The notes under the pieces: model-generated
Told to the model about the DNA's origin: nothing
What the model saw: the letters and a program-made list of their open reading frames with translations, nothing else
The model's database searches: none
Part shown: in pieces, positions 9,494 through 19,398 of the stretch
Layout of the letters: each line of letters begins with the position of its first letter
How positions within the stretch are numbered: the first letter of the stretch is position 1
Made by a program: the position numbers and the translations under genes
Source: an uncultured archaeon
Lineage (GTDB): Archaea > Asgardarchaeota > Lokiarchaeia > Sigyniarchaeales > SOKP01
Assembly (NCBI GenBank): GCA_964632315.1
Contig: CAZWEM010000004.1
Location: 32,001 to 96,000 of the forward strand
DNA length: 64,000 bases
Direction: 5' to 3'

Positions 9494-10285
9494 TTATTGA
9501 AAATATTGTGTATATTGTTTTTTAGGCCCTGCTGGTAATTGTTGTTGTTGGTATTGTTGAGCTTTTTCAGCAAGTTCCAACATTTTTGCCTTGATTTCCT
9601 TTCCTTCCTCGATCAATTTTGATGTTTCGATATTAAGTCCATATATCTTATTTAAGACCTCTATTATTGCTGCACCGGCCTCAGGAGTAGGAATTTCAAG
9701 TACAGGTGTAAATAGCGCATAAGCTTGTAAATGATTGGCTAGTGCTTCATTCAAGATTGTTGCTTCTGGACCTACAATGATACCTTTTTCGACTTTTTTA
9801 ATACCATATCCTTCTAATCTTTCTATCATATGAGCTTCGGCAGCATAATACACTGGATAATCATCAATAACCCCTCTTTGAGGAATACCTTGAAATATTA
9901 CGACTTCTTTTGCTCTAACGTCTTCTGATAACGCCCAGTTATTTATTGTTTTACTTAAATCGTTATAAGCCGTGGCAACTTGGAAGGGGACTTCTGCTAT
10001 CCCCACAATCAAGTTATTTTTAGGTGAATAATAAAGCCTAAAAGGATGCTTTAAAACGCCTTCATAAAACACGCTAATTGGAGGCAAATATTCACTTGTA
10101 ATGAATCCAATTTCCTTTATATCAGGTATTTGATCAATTAAAGCATTTGAAACAATTGGTCCAATCAAGCCTATACCCGCGAATCCTAAAATTAAAGTAG
10201 CTCCAGGCTTAATTTCTGTAGTTAAATCTGTTATAACAAGAGTACTTCTCTTTCCTTTCTCACATACATATTCTTTCTTTACCAT
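9494..10285 (-). CDS. PAC2-family proteasome assembly chaperone homolog
   Basis: LILGFAGIGLIG, PPISVF...HPFRLY, PTPEAGAAIIEVL, LIEEGKEI; C-terminus YFQ. Confidence 0.85.
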   Translation of the reverse strand: MVKKEYVCEKGKRSTLVITDLTTEIKPGATLILGFAGIGLIGPIVSNALIDQIPDIKEIGFITSEYLPPISVFYEGVLKHPFRLYYSPKNNLIVGIAEVPFQVATAYNDLSKTINNWALSEDVRAKEVVIFQGIPQRGVIDDYPVYYAAEAHMIERLEGYGIKKVEKGIIVGPEATILNEALANHLQAYALFTPVLEIPTPEAGAAIIEVLNKIYGLNIETSKLIEEGKEIKAKMLELAEKAQQYQQQQLPAGPKKQYTQYFQ

Positions 10286-10504
10286 TTATATCACTAAATA
10301 ACTCTTTTAACTGTGATTATTCTCGATTTATAATTATATTGAATATAAAAATAGATTATTAAAACTGATCTATTATGAATATTTAATGATCAAATTGATT
10401 TAAGCTTGATCTGAAATAGTAGTTAAAAATTCCTATAAATGATTAAATAAACTATTAAAAATTCAAAGGATTATAATATCTTAAAATAGAATTAAACTCG
10501 GAAC

Positions 10505-11299
10505 ATGCTTTTAGAAATAGAACACGTATCGATACCCACAGATGATCAAAAAAGGATGATTATCGATGATGTCTCCTTTGGGGTTAAAGAGGGGTCAATT
10601 CATGCGATAATAGGACCTAACGGTTCGGGAAAATCTACCTTAGCTTATGCAATTATGGGAATTGAAAACTACATTATCTCGAACGGAAAGATTAAGTTTG
10701 ATGGCAATGATATTTCTCAGAAAAGTGTTACAGAAAGAGCGAAACTGGGTATTACTCTAGCGTGGCAGGAACCGGCAAGGATTGATGGTCTATCAGTGTT
10801 TCAATATGTTTCATTAGGAATTAAGGATAGAAAGAATCTAAAGGAAAAAGTGACCGAAGCTTTAGAAATCGTCAATTTAGAACCTAATTTGTATCTGAAT
10901 CGGTTTATCGATGAATCTCTAAGTGGAGGAGAACGTAAACGAATCGAATTAGCGGCATCTATTGCAATGAAACCAAGATTGATCATACTTGATGAACCAG
11001 ATTCTGGTTTAGATGTAATTATTGTTGAGGATTTTTTGAATATATTCAATAGAATTAAGGAACTAGATATGACCATCCTATTGATAACACATAGAGAGGA
11101 TATCGGGATGGTTGCAGATTACGGAACATTATTATGGAGAGGAACACATCTGCTGACTGATGAGTTCCCTAAAGTGATGCTTCAATACTGTAAAAAAGCA
11201 GGGCTGAAAGATTTTTGCAAAAGAGCACTATTTAAAAATGGGAGTAAGTGCTTTGACGATGATTATATTGAAAGAATTTTTAGAGAGGAGGGAGTATAA
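10505..11299 (+). CDS. sufC: SufC-type ABC ATPase (SmsC-like)
   Basis: GPNGSGKST, LAWQEP, LSGGERKRIELA, ILDEPDSGLD, ITH. Overlaps the sufB-like gene by 1 nt; Cys-containing C-terminal tail. Confidence 0.9.
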   Translation: MLLEIEHVSIPTDDQKRMIIDDVSFGVKEGSIHAIIGPNGSGKSTLAYAIMGIENYIISNGKIKFDGNDISQKSVTERAKLGITLAWQEPARIDGLSVFQYVSLGIKDRKNLKEKVTEALEIVNLEPNLYLNRFIDESLSGGERKRIELAASIAMKPRLIILDEPDSGLDVIIVEDFLNIFNRIKELDMTILLITHREDIGMVADYGTLLWRGTHLLTDEFPKVMLQYCKKAGLKDFCKRALFKNGSKCFDDDYIERIFREEGV

Positions 11300-12258
11300 T
11301 GGTCAATTCTCAGTATCCCGAAGACATCTTGCAGAGTTTAGAAGATTATAATATCGATATCCGTGAGTTTTTACCAGGACATGGAAAAGGAGCAAAATTA
11401 TTACTGGATTTCAATAAAATATCCGGAATTGATCAAGTAGAAGGAATCATTTTAAAAGGAAGAGAAATCGAGAATGGAATCATTGCTGATATAATAATCA
11501 AGGAGGGTACTTCTCATGAAGAACCAATCCATTTATGTTTTGGAGTTAATAAGCAAACGGGTATTCAAGAAATTTTTCCAAGGATTATCTGTGAGGATAA
11601 CGCTAGTGTAAAAGTCCAAGCTCATTGTAGCTTTCCTAAAGCTGATGGATTAATTCATAAAATGTTTGGTCACTTTTATATTGGCAAAAATTGTAATTTC
11701 GAATATAGTGAAACCCATTATCATGGTGAGAAAAGCGGTGCTTTAGTAGCTCCTGTTGCTTACATGTATGTTGGAGAAAATAGTGTCTTTGAAAATAATT
11801 TTACCTTGACTAAAGGTACACCTGGTAAAGTAAAAATCATGATTGATATCTATGCAATGAAGAATAGTGTTATAAGATCTACCTTAAAAGCATTTGGAAA
11901 AAATAAGGAGGATTCTATACGTATCAGAGATTCCGTATTTCTTGAAGGAGAGAATGCCAGAAGTGTTATTAAAATGAAGGCTGCTGCTAGAGATGGAGGA
12001 GAAGTATTGATGTATGGTGTTACAGAGGGAAATGCTCCACATTGCAATGGACATGTTGAATGTAATGAAATAGTTTTAGGAAAAGGCTCGATTTGTCGAG
12101 CTCGACCCTTTATTAGAGCGACAGATCCTACTTCGAGTGTATCCCATGAAGCATCATTAGGAAGATTTCCTCAAAAATGGTTGGATGAATTAAGAGCAAA
12201 AGGCTTATCAGAGCAAGAAGCAACAGATGTTCTAATCCAAGCCATGCTTCGAGATTAA
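11299..12258 (+). CDS. sufB: SufB/SufD-family Fe-S scaffold (SmsB-like)
   Basis: PIHLCFG, AHCSFP, ETHYHG, GHVECNEI, VSHEASLG, LRAKGLSEQEA; short archaeal-type beta-helix protein. Confidence 0.85.
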   Translation: MVNSQYPEDILQSLEDYNIDIREFLPGHGKGAKLLLDFNKISGIDQVEGIILKGREIENGIIADIIIKEGTSHEEPIHLCFGVNKQTGIQEIFPRIICEDNASVKVQAHCSFPKADGLIHKMFGHFYIGKNCNFEYSETHYHGEKSGALVAPVAYMYVGENSVFENNFTLTKGTPGKVKIMIDIYAMKNSVIRSTLKAFGKNKEDSIRIRDSVFLEGENARSVIKMKAAARDGGEVLMYGVTEGNAPHCNGHVECNEIVLGKGSICRARPFIRATDPTSSVSHEASLGRFPQKWLDELRAKGLSEQEATDVLIQAMLRD

Positions 12259-12274
12259 AATATAGTAAAAAAAG

Positions 12275-12802
12275 TTGAAAATTATGGCAAAGATCAAAAT
12301 AAAAAAGGGAGATGACGCTCCAAGATTTAAATTGGAGTCTTATAATGCAGGAACTATTGATCTCGATCAGCTTATTGGTTCCCAGAAAATTGTATTAATC
12401 TTTTCTAGATATTTTGGATGTCCTATATGCCAATTAGATTTAGAGACTCTCCTTAAGAGTGTTGATGATATTGAAAAAAAGAATGCCAAAATTCTGTATA
12501 TCACTCAATCAGGTGAAAAAATCGCTAAAAAATTTATAGAAGAGAAAAATATGACCTTCCCAGTTATTCCATCGTCTAAAGACGAATTATATGCTCAATA
12601 TGGTTTAGGAAGATTTTCAGCTGCCGCTGCAGCAAAAGTACTGAGCAGAGGGAAACAGGCTAAAAAAGCGGGTTATGAGCATGGGGAATATGAAGGTTAT
12701 GAAATGCAGTGTCCTGGACAATTTGTCATTGATACTGAGGGAAAAATCATACACGCCAAGATGGATTGGTTAGATGTTCCCGAAATCCTACAAGTTTTAT
12801 AA
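12275..12802 (+). CDS. AhpC/TSA (peroxiredoxin-like, PRXL2-type) redoxin
   Basis: GDDAPRFKL, FSRYFGCPICQ (CxxC), LYAQYGL, QCPGQFVIDTEG. Confidence 0.85.
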   Translation: MKIMAKIKIKKGDDAPRFKLESYNAGTIDLDQLIGSQKIVLIFSRYFGCPICQLDLETLLKSVDDIEKKNAKILYITQSGEKIAKKFIEEKNMTFPVIPSSKDELYAQYGLGRFSAAAAAKVLSRGKQAKKAGYEHGEYEGYEMQCPGQFVIDTEGKIIHAKMDWLDVPEILQVL

Positions 12803-12826
12803 AATGATAAATATTCATGAGAAAAG

Positions 12827-13453
12827 ATGAAAGAGTCAACAAAATACAATTCATATCGATTTGTCGGCACCATCAACATAGATGAAATTATGCCTTGGTT
12901 CGATTTTGATAAAGGAGAGCCTTGGGATGAGAGTGAAGTGCCTTGGGTTTTAGAAGATAAAGTAAGGAGAGAAATTTTACTTCGATTAGCACACTTGGGA
13001 CCTAAAAATTTAGAAGAAATACATGCTTTAATCAATTTTTCACCAAAGCCTTTAATAATCCGATCAGATGAATATATTCCATCAATAAAGTATCAATGGG
13101 AGAGAGAGGTTATCCAAAATCATCTAATGAACTTAGAATGGTATGGTTTAATCAAGCACACCGAAAATCGATATGAAGTGACCTTTCCTGTTTTTTCAAT
13201 GGAAGATTTAGAACATTTAGATAAATTTATTATCAAATTTGCAAATTCTTGGCTTAACGTCGTTAAAGAAATCAAAAAAGATTTCGATCAAGAAAAAATA
13301 AATCTTGGAATTTTGATTGAAAAAACTGTAGAGAAACTCTATTTGATGCTTAAAAGTCAAGGATTTCTGCCTGATATTCCAAATATAAAGCTTTTGTGGG
13401 CTGAAGAACTCCGGAAAATCAAATTTGAAGAATGGTTAAGTAAGAATTTTTAG
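12827..13453 (+). CDS. Winged-helix (ArsR-like) domain protein
   Basis: VRREILLRL..GPK...EI and HLMNLEWYGLIKHTENRYEV resemble a wHTH with an insertion. Confidence 0.5.
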   Translation: MKESTKYNSYRFVGTINIDEIMPWFDFDKGEPWDESEVPWVLEDKVRREILLRLAHLGPKNLEEIHALINFSPKPLIIRSDEYIPSIKYQWEREVIQNHLMNLEWYGLIKHTENRYEVTFPVFSMEDLEHLDKFIIKFANSWLNVVKEIKKDFDQEKINLGILIEKTVEKLYLMLKSQGFLPDIPNIKLLWAEELRKIKFEEWLSKNF

Positions 13454-13495
13454 ATTATCATATATCAATAGAAACATAGTAATTTTTTTTATCTC

Positions 13496-14341
13496 TTATT
13501 TCAAAATCAGATTTATCGCTACATAAATAATCCATGCTTGAATATTTATTGTTAATATCCACTCAACAAGAGGGTTTAAATCGGTTAATAGGAGTAATAG
13601 AAAGTTAAGACCAGTAGCAAAACCAATTACCACATGAAGAAAAGTGTAATGCCCACTTTTTAACATTAAGCCGCTATATAAGCAGATATAGACCACAGAA
13701 CCTATAAAACCAGTGAAAGCAACAATTGAATGAAAAATTTGGAAAAATTCAGGATTAAGTGGATCTGGCAATATCGCTACAAGAGCAATACATAGGGATG
13801 TTATGATCGCGATGGAAGTGGCGATTCTTCTTAAAAAGTCATTAATCCCTCTCAAAGTTTTCTCAAGATATAAAATAAACGGAATGGATAGTGAACCTCC
13901 AATTACAAATCCTATTGAAAAAAGTGTTCTAGCTGTTCCTTCCCCCAAAGAACTTACAGTATCGAAAAAAGGGTTATAACCCGGTGTAATGATTGCTGCC
14001 ACTATAATTATGATCAAATTTATCACTACGCCAATGAGTCCAAAATAGCATTCTATTTTTGAAAGGTACATATCAGTAAAATACATTATACGTTCTGAAG
14101 GAATCGACTCAGAAAGTACAGATATCTTATTAATTACACCTTTCACGCCCCTAAGCGCCTTTGTTAATGACTCGACTTTTAATTTTTCAAAAAGTTCGCT
14201 GATGTCTCCCTCTAAAGTCACTATACCATTAGAGACTGAAGTTCGAAGTCTAGAAAGTTCTTTATTCTTATTTTTTTTTAATTTAGAATCGAGATTTTCC
14301 TTAATCTCTTGATCTGTCTTGCCCATTTTATCTTGTTCCAC
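13496..14341 (-). CDS. BON domain fused to a DUF998-like membrane domain
   Basis: TDQEIKENL...VSNGIVTLEG...VKGVINKI (BON), then PGYNPFFDTVSSLG and about 6 TM helices with FHSIVA (DUF998-like). Confidence 0.7.
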   Translation of the reverse strand: MEQDKMGKTDQEIKENLDSKLKKNKNKELSRLRTSVSNGIVTLEGDISELFEKLKVESLTKALRGVKGVINKISVLSESIPSERIMYFTDMYLSKIECYFGLIGVVINLIIIIVAAIITPGYNPFFDTVSSLGEGTARTLFSIGFVIGGSLSIPFILYLEKTLRGINDFLRRIATSIAIITSLCIALVAILPDPLNPEFFQIFHSIVAFTGFIGSVVYICLYSGLMLKSGHYTFLHVVIGFATGLNFLLLLLTDLNPLVEWILTINIQAWIIYVAINLILK

Positions 14342-14531
14342 TTTTTAATTAACTAAAAATTTGAAATTCTTCATCAATAAAGAATTTTATGACCATATTA
14401 TGAGAATGACACGCAGATATCACTTAATTTCAAAAGAAAAAATCTTATCTTCTCTATATATATGTAGATATTTCTCTAAAATTATCGAGATATCTACAAC
14501 TTAAAGGATAAGGTACTCAAATTTTTAAGGA

Positions 14532-14810
14532 ATGGTCATGTTATCATCTAATTTTGGAGATCAAGAGCCTGTTCTCAACTTAAATAGTTTATTCGAAGAT
14601 AAAGTTATAGGACAAGAATTAAAAGAAAAGGTCGATAAATTACAAAAGAAAGATGTGGGGGATAATTTAATATTACTTAATGAAATCAAAGAGATACTTC
14701 ATAACTGCACGCATTTAACTCCCGAACAAAAATTAATGTACTGTCAGTCGCAAAGATATTTCATGAAACTTTATTTACGAGAGGTAAATAAAGAAATGGT
14801 TCGAGATTAA
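14532..14810 (+). CDS. Hypothetical protein
   Basis: 92-aa ORF with ATG start; overlaps the convergent ORF by 4 nt; no motif recognised. Confidence 0.5.
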   Translation: MVMLSSNFGDQEPVLNLNSLFEDKVIGQELKEKVDKLQKKDVGDNLILLNEIKEILHNCTHLTPEQKLMYCQSQRYFMKLYLREVNKEMVRD

Positions 14811-15163
14811 AAATAGCCAATATGACCAATATTATTTCCCTCTGCATCCAAAGCGTATATTAAACCCATACTCAAATTCTCTTTTTCATCGGTAGCGGTT
14901 TTTGGTTTTACAACATTTTTAATTGTTTCAAGCTTTAAAATGAAAGTGCCACCACATTTCTTACATTTAATATATATCTTTTTTATACTTTTTTTGTCGT
15001 CTTCAGATTCTTCCATTTTAAAAGGTTCAAGGAGTTTGATGTCTTTATTATCGCAATTCTTAAGGAAACATTGATCTAATGAAATTTTTTCCATACCTCT
15101 ACGAGCTAAAGAAATATACGCAAAACTAGGAATTTCTTGCCATAGATTTTCGTTATTGTTCAT
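14807..15163 (-). CDS. Hypothetical protein with a putative Zn site
   Basis: CFLKNC and CKKC cysteine pairs. Confidence 0.6.
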   Translation of the reverse strand: MNNNENLWQEIPSFAYISLARRGMEKISLDQCFLKNCDNKDIKLLEPFKMEESEDDKKSIKKIYIKCKKCGGTFILKLETIKNVVKPKTATDEKENLSMGLIYALDAEGNNIGHIGYF

Positions 15164-15254
15164 GATGAATGCAAATATGAGGAGTTATTAATTTTTTATT
15201 ATTATTTTTCAGAAAAAAGATTAATTAATATCACAATTTTTGATTATATAGAAA

Positions 15255-15560
15255 ATGTCTGTGAAGAAACAAATCTCAAAAGATGATTTAGAAAATCTAT
15301 CAAAATTAGCAATGTTAAATTTATCTGATGAAGAAAAAGAGAAATTAATTCCACAATTAAACGAGATAATTAAATATTTCAAAAAATTGAATGATTTAGA
15401 TACAAAGAATATCCAACCAATAACGCATCCAATTGAAGGTTTAAAGAACGTATTTCGAAAGGATGTTCCTAAGGAATCGCTTTCCACTGAAGAAGCTCTC
15501 AAAAACGCGCAACATAAAAAAGAGGGATATTTTAAAGCTCCAAGAATCTTAAAAGAATAA
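15255..15560 (+). CDS. gatC: Asp/Glu-tRNA amidotransferase subunit C
   Basis: ISKDDLENLSKLAMLNLS, LDTKNIQP, NVFRKD, LKNA...GYFKAPRI. Confidence 0.92.
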   Translation: MSVKKQISKDDLENLSKLAMLNLSDEEKEKLIPQLNEIIKYFKKLNDLDTKNIQPITHPIEGLKNVFRKDVPKESLSTEEALKNAQHKKEGYFKAPRILKE

Positions 15561-15563
15561 ATC

Positions 15564-16565
15564 TCATTCTTTATACTCTCTTGTAAGGAATTCTATTGCT
15601 TCTTCCATATCTTTGAGTGCTTTTTTCCTCTCTTTTCGACTGAGGTTATAAAAATCTTCACTTAAATTTGTACCGATCTTTTCCGTTTGAGCAATGGGTT
15701 TGAATTTTTTATAAACCAAAGCATTAATATAACGCTCATAATGACCAAATGCTTTGTTTAGATCTGGTGAATCTTTAATTTTATCCCATAATTCCAGGGT
15801 TTCCAAAGATCGTAAGCCAATATCGATTCTGAACCAACTAATTGGAAAAAGTATTTCTCGTTTAATTCCATATTCAATTAATTTTATGTTATCTTCATCA
15901 ATGTAGAATTCTGGCAATTGATCTCTACTAAAAACAATATTATCACTTAAAATATACAAGTTAGCAGCATTACTGGAAGTACATACCACACCTACCGCAA
16001 ACCCTTTAGCTAATCTTAATTTATTTATTAGATCCTCTAATTTTGATCCCTTAATGTGTAAATTATGCATTTTAACTCCTTGAAATTCAACTTTGATTTT
16101 CTTGATCCCTTTATCATCATAAATTATTGCAGGAAAGAGATTTTTTTCTCTAGTTACTTTATGTGCTTCCATTAGTTTATTAATGATGGGATAATCTAAA
16201 TTTAATCCAGGGATGACCGTAGTATTGGCATTTAAAAAGGCGTCAACTTCAAAATCCGCTATTCCATAAAAAATTTTCTGGTTATTAATGATTTGGTAAA
16301 TGATGTTTATAATCGCGTCAGTTAGAGCTTCTGGATCTTCTCGAATGGAGTCATATTCAGTTGTAGTAAATGTATCGATTTGATCTTCAAGCCCCTTCTC
16401 TTCATAAAATGCTGCCCAAGACATCTCAGTGTAAATATTTCCTTCATTATAAAAATTATGCTGATTATCAATGCTGATAATTGATTTAGAGCCTCCTATT
16501 TCCACACCCTTTTTTGTTCCAGCAGCTAATAAGCTTTTTGGAGGATCAAAAAATTCTATCGACAA
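15564..16565 (-). CDS. Hypothetical soluble protein (333 aa)
   Basis: Long ORF with genome-typical composition; no motif recognised. Confidence 0.65.
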   Translation of the reverse strand: MSIEFFDPPKSLLAAGTKKGVEIGGSKSIISIDNQHNFYNEGNIYTEMSWAAFYEEKGLEDQIDTFTTTEYDSIREDPEALTDAIINIIYQIINNQKIFYGIADFEVDAFLNANTTVIPGLNLDYPIINKLMEAHKVTREKNLFPAIIYDDKGIKKIKVEFQGVKMHNLHIKGSKLEDLINKLRLAKGFAVGVVCTSSNAANLYILSDNIVFSRDQLPEFYIDEDNIKLIEYGIKREILFPISWFRIDIGLRSLETLELWDKIKDSPDLNKAFGHYERYINALVYKKFKPIAQTEKIGTNLSEDFYNLSRKERKKALKDMEEAIEFLTREYKE

Positions 16566-16657
16566 TTGATGATAACCTTGATTTATTTCAATACTCTATT
16601 AATAATAGATTCGATTTAATATAAAAAATTAGTGAAAGAGATAAGAAATACAGATTT

Positions 16658-19270
16658 TTATACATTTTTTATTGGTAATTGTATCGTAAATGTTGAACCT
16701 TTATTTTTACCGGGAGATTCTGCTTTTAATTGACCATTATGTAAACGAACAATTTCATGGGCTATATGAAGGCCTAAGCCAGTACTACCTAAGTCAATGC
16801 CTACTTTTCTTTCTTGAATATTAGCGATTTTAGTAAATTTTTTGAACAATTCTTGAATCTCATCTTTAGATAATCCTATTCCAGAATCCCGTATGGATAT
16901 TTCTGCTATACTATCTAATTTCTTCAAACTTAACCATATCTGACCATTAGGAAAAGTGTATTTTATTGAATTTGTCAATATATTTGTCAATACCAATTCT
17001 ATTCTAGAAACGTCAATCATAAGATTCAATTCTGTTGGTAAATCTAATTCTATCACTTGATTTTTTTTCTTTATTAAATAACTCAGTTCGTTAACACACT
17101 TTTTTATAATCTCGCATAAATTAGCTGTTTCTAATTCTAGTTTAAACATTTTTGATTCGATTTTAGACACATCAAGCAAATCATCCACGAGTTTTTTTAA
17201 TCTTTTTGTTCCAGTAAATGCCATTTCAAGGAGCTCAAGCTCTTCACTTCTAAATCTATCCCGATATAAGGTATTTAATAATTGGTAAGCCCCGTATACA
17301 GTGGTTATGGGTGTTTTCAATTCGTGAGAGGCCCTATCAATGAAATCTTTTCTCATTTCATCAAGTTCTTTTAACTTTTGTTCTGCTTCCTTTTTTTCAG
17401 ATATATCATGACCCATCACAATTATAAATACGTCATCTCCAATGGTCATTAATGAAGATTCAATATTCGCCCAGATATGAGAGTCATCTTTTCTTTTTAA
17501 TTGTACATCCACCGGAGGTAATGATTCTCCTTGTCCAATTTTACCAAGTCTTTCAAGCAATAAGGGTAATTGTTCTTTCTTTACAACAAGTAATTTACTA
17601 TACTTCTTCCCTAATATCTCATCTCGTTTAAAGCCAATTAATCTTTCTACAGCAGGATTACATTCTTTAATGCTTCCCTTTTTATCTATTAAAATAATAC
17701 CAAAGGGAGCGTTCTCAAAAAGAAATCTATATTTTTCTTCTGATTCTGTTAATCTCTGCCTTGCTTCTTTTTTCTCAGTTATGTCTAAAAAGGATACCAA
17801 ATATGCTGGTTTTTCTTCATATATAATCTTCTTGTAATAAACTTCTAACCATATGACTTTTCCAGATTTCTTGATAGCTCTTGCTTCATATGAACGAATA
17901 CCATTTTTAAAATAGTCGTCAGCTGTGGTAGCTAATTCTATTATCATTTTTTTATCTGAAGGATGGATTGTTTTAAAAAATTCACCAGGTTTCCATCTCT
18001 TTAACTCCTCTTCAGAATATTCTAATAGATTTGCTAAAATGTGGTTAATGTACTTGATTTTTTCATCCTGAATTATACAAATACCCAAAAGTGATTGTTC
18101 AGCAATAGTTCGGAATTTCATTTCTGATTCTTCAACTTTTTCTTGAGCTTTTTTCATTTCAGTAATATCATGAATAATGCTCCTAATGCCGACTATTTCT
18201 GCATCTTTTATTATGGGACTTGCAAATACACTAGTGTCTATGTATGACCCATCTTTTTTTCTTAATCTAATTAATTCGGGTCCTACTTGTTCTCCTTTAT
18301 ATAACTTCTTTAGATAAATTAACACATCATCCTTTTCTTCTGGATGAAGAAAATCAAAAACAGTCAACCCTTTAACAAAATCTTCATGTGAGTATCCAAA
18401 TACCTTAGAAGCTACCAAATTAGTATATGATAAGTTATAATTCAAGTCCAATTCGAATATCACTTCGGGTAGCGTGTTTGCTAAGTCCCGATATCGTTGT
18501 TGGGATTCTTTTAATTTATTTTCATTTTTAATGCGGTCTGTGATATCTCTAGATACCGTCATCACTAGTTGATTTCCTTCCTCATCTTGGAATCTCCTAC
18601 CAGTTGTTTCAAACCAAATATAATGCCCATTCTTATCTCTGATTCTCGCGATTATCCTTCCCTCCCCATATTTCAAAACATCTCTAAAGGCATCAATAAC
18701 GAGATTTACGTCTTGAGGATGCAGTAGATCTATTGGATTAATTTTAAGTAATTCGTCTTCTTCATATCCCATCTTTTTTTTATGAATTGGTGCATTGACA
18801 TATTCAATACGAAAATCTGGATTCAAAACTGTGATCAAATCACTAACACTTTCAGAATAGATTTGGTATCTCTTTTGTGAATTTCTTAGTTTTATTTCCA
18901 ATTTTTTGTTTAAAGTGAATTCTTCTAAAAATACTTGTAAGTAGAGAGATTTATCGATTTGGATTGGAGAGATCGTGAATTTTAACCATTTAGTATCCGA
19001 TCCCATATTAAATCGTACCTCTTTTGGACCAAAAGAAGAATTAATCCTATTTAATTTGAGTTTCTCAAAAATTTCTTTAATGTTATCATTAGAAAATGGT
19101 GGAATTTCAGTTATTGTTTTATTTTTTACCAATTTTGTTTTTAAACCAAGAATTTGCTCGACTGCAGTATTTATATTGACAATTTTAGAATTTGAGTCTA
19201 ATAAAATGATTGAAATTGGAGAATTTTTGGCAAATAAAATGTAATCATCAATAGAAATATTGTTGTTCAT
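16658..19270 (-). CDS. Cytoplasmic multi-PAS sensor histidine kinase (about 5 PAS/PAC + HisKA + HATPase)
   Basis: Repeated HPxD...W.E...DITE PAS-PAC units; H-box ASHELKTP; N-box NILTNSIKYT; DSGIGL; GTGLGL. Confidence 0.92.
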   Translation of the reverse strand: MNNNISIDDYILFAKNSPISIILLDSNSKIVNINTAVEQILGLKTKLVKNKTITEIPPFSNDNIKEIFEKLKLNRINSSFGPKEVRFNMGSDTKWLKFTISPIQIDKSLYLQVFLEEFTLNKKLEIKLRNSQKRYQIYSESVSDLITVLNPDFRIEYVNAPIHKKKMGYEEDELLKINPIDLLHPQDVNLVIDAFRDVLKYGEGRIIARIRDKNGHYIWFETTGRRFQDEEGNQLVMTVSRDITDRIKNENKLKESQQRYRDLANTLPEVIFELDLNYNLSYTNLVASKVFGYSHEDFVKGLTVFDFLHPEEKDDVLIYLKKLYKGEQVGPELIRLRKKDGSYIDTSVFASPIIKDAEIVGIRSIIHDITEMKKAQEKVEESEMKFRTIAEQSLLGICIIQDEKIKYINHILANLLEYSEEELKRWKPGEFFKTIHPSDKKMIIELATTADDYFKNGIRSYEARAIKKSGKVIWLEVYYKKIIYEEKPAYLVSFLDITEKKEARQRLTESEEKYRFLFENAPFGIILIDKKGSIKECNPAVERLIGFKRDEILGKKYSKLLVVKKEQLPLLLERLGKIGQGESLPPVDVQLKRKDDSHIWANIESSLMTIGDDVFIIVMGHDISEKKEAEQKLKELDEMRKDFIDRASHELKTPITTVYGAYQLLNTLYRDRFRSEELELLEMAFTGTKRLKKLVDDLLDVSKIESKMFKLELETANLCEIIKKCVNELSYLIKKKNQVIELDLPTELNLMIDVSRIELVLTNILTNSIKYTFPNGQIWLSLKKLDSIAEISIRDSGIGLSKDEIQELFKKFTKIANIQERKVGIDLGSTGLGLHIAHEIVRLHNGQLKAESPGKNKGSTFTIQLPIKNV

Positions 19271-19398
19271 ACTAAATCCTATAGGTTGTGCGAGAGATTG
19301 ATGAAAAATCTTTATGTTTAACTACTAATATAAGAATAGAATTTCTATTTAACATTTTCTCATTATTCAAAAGAATATTATATGCCAATGAATTATAT

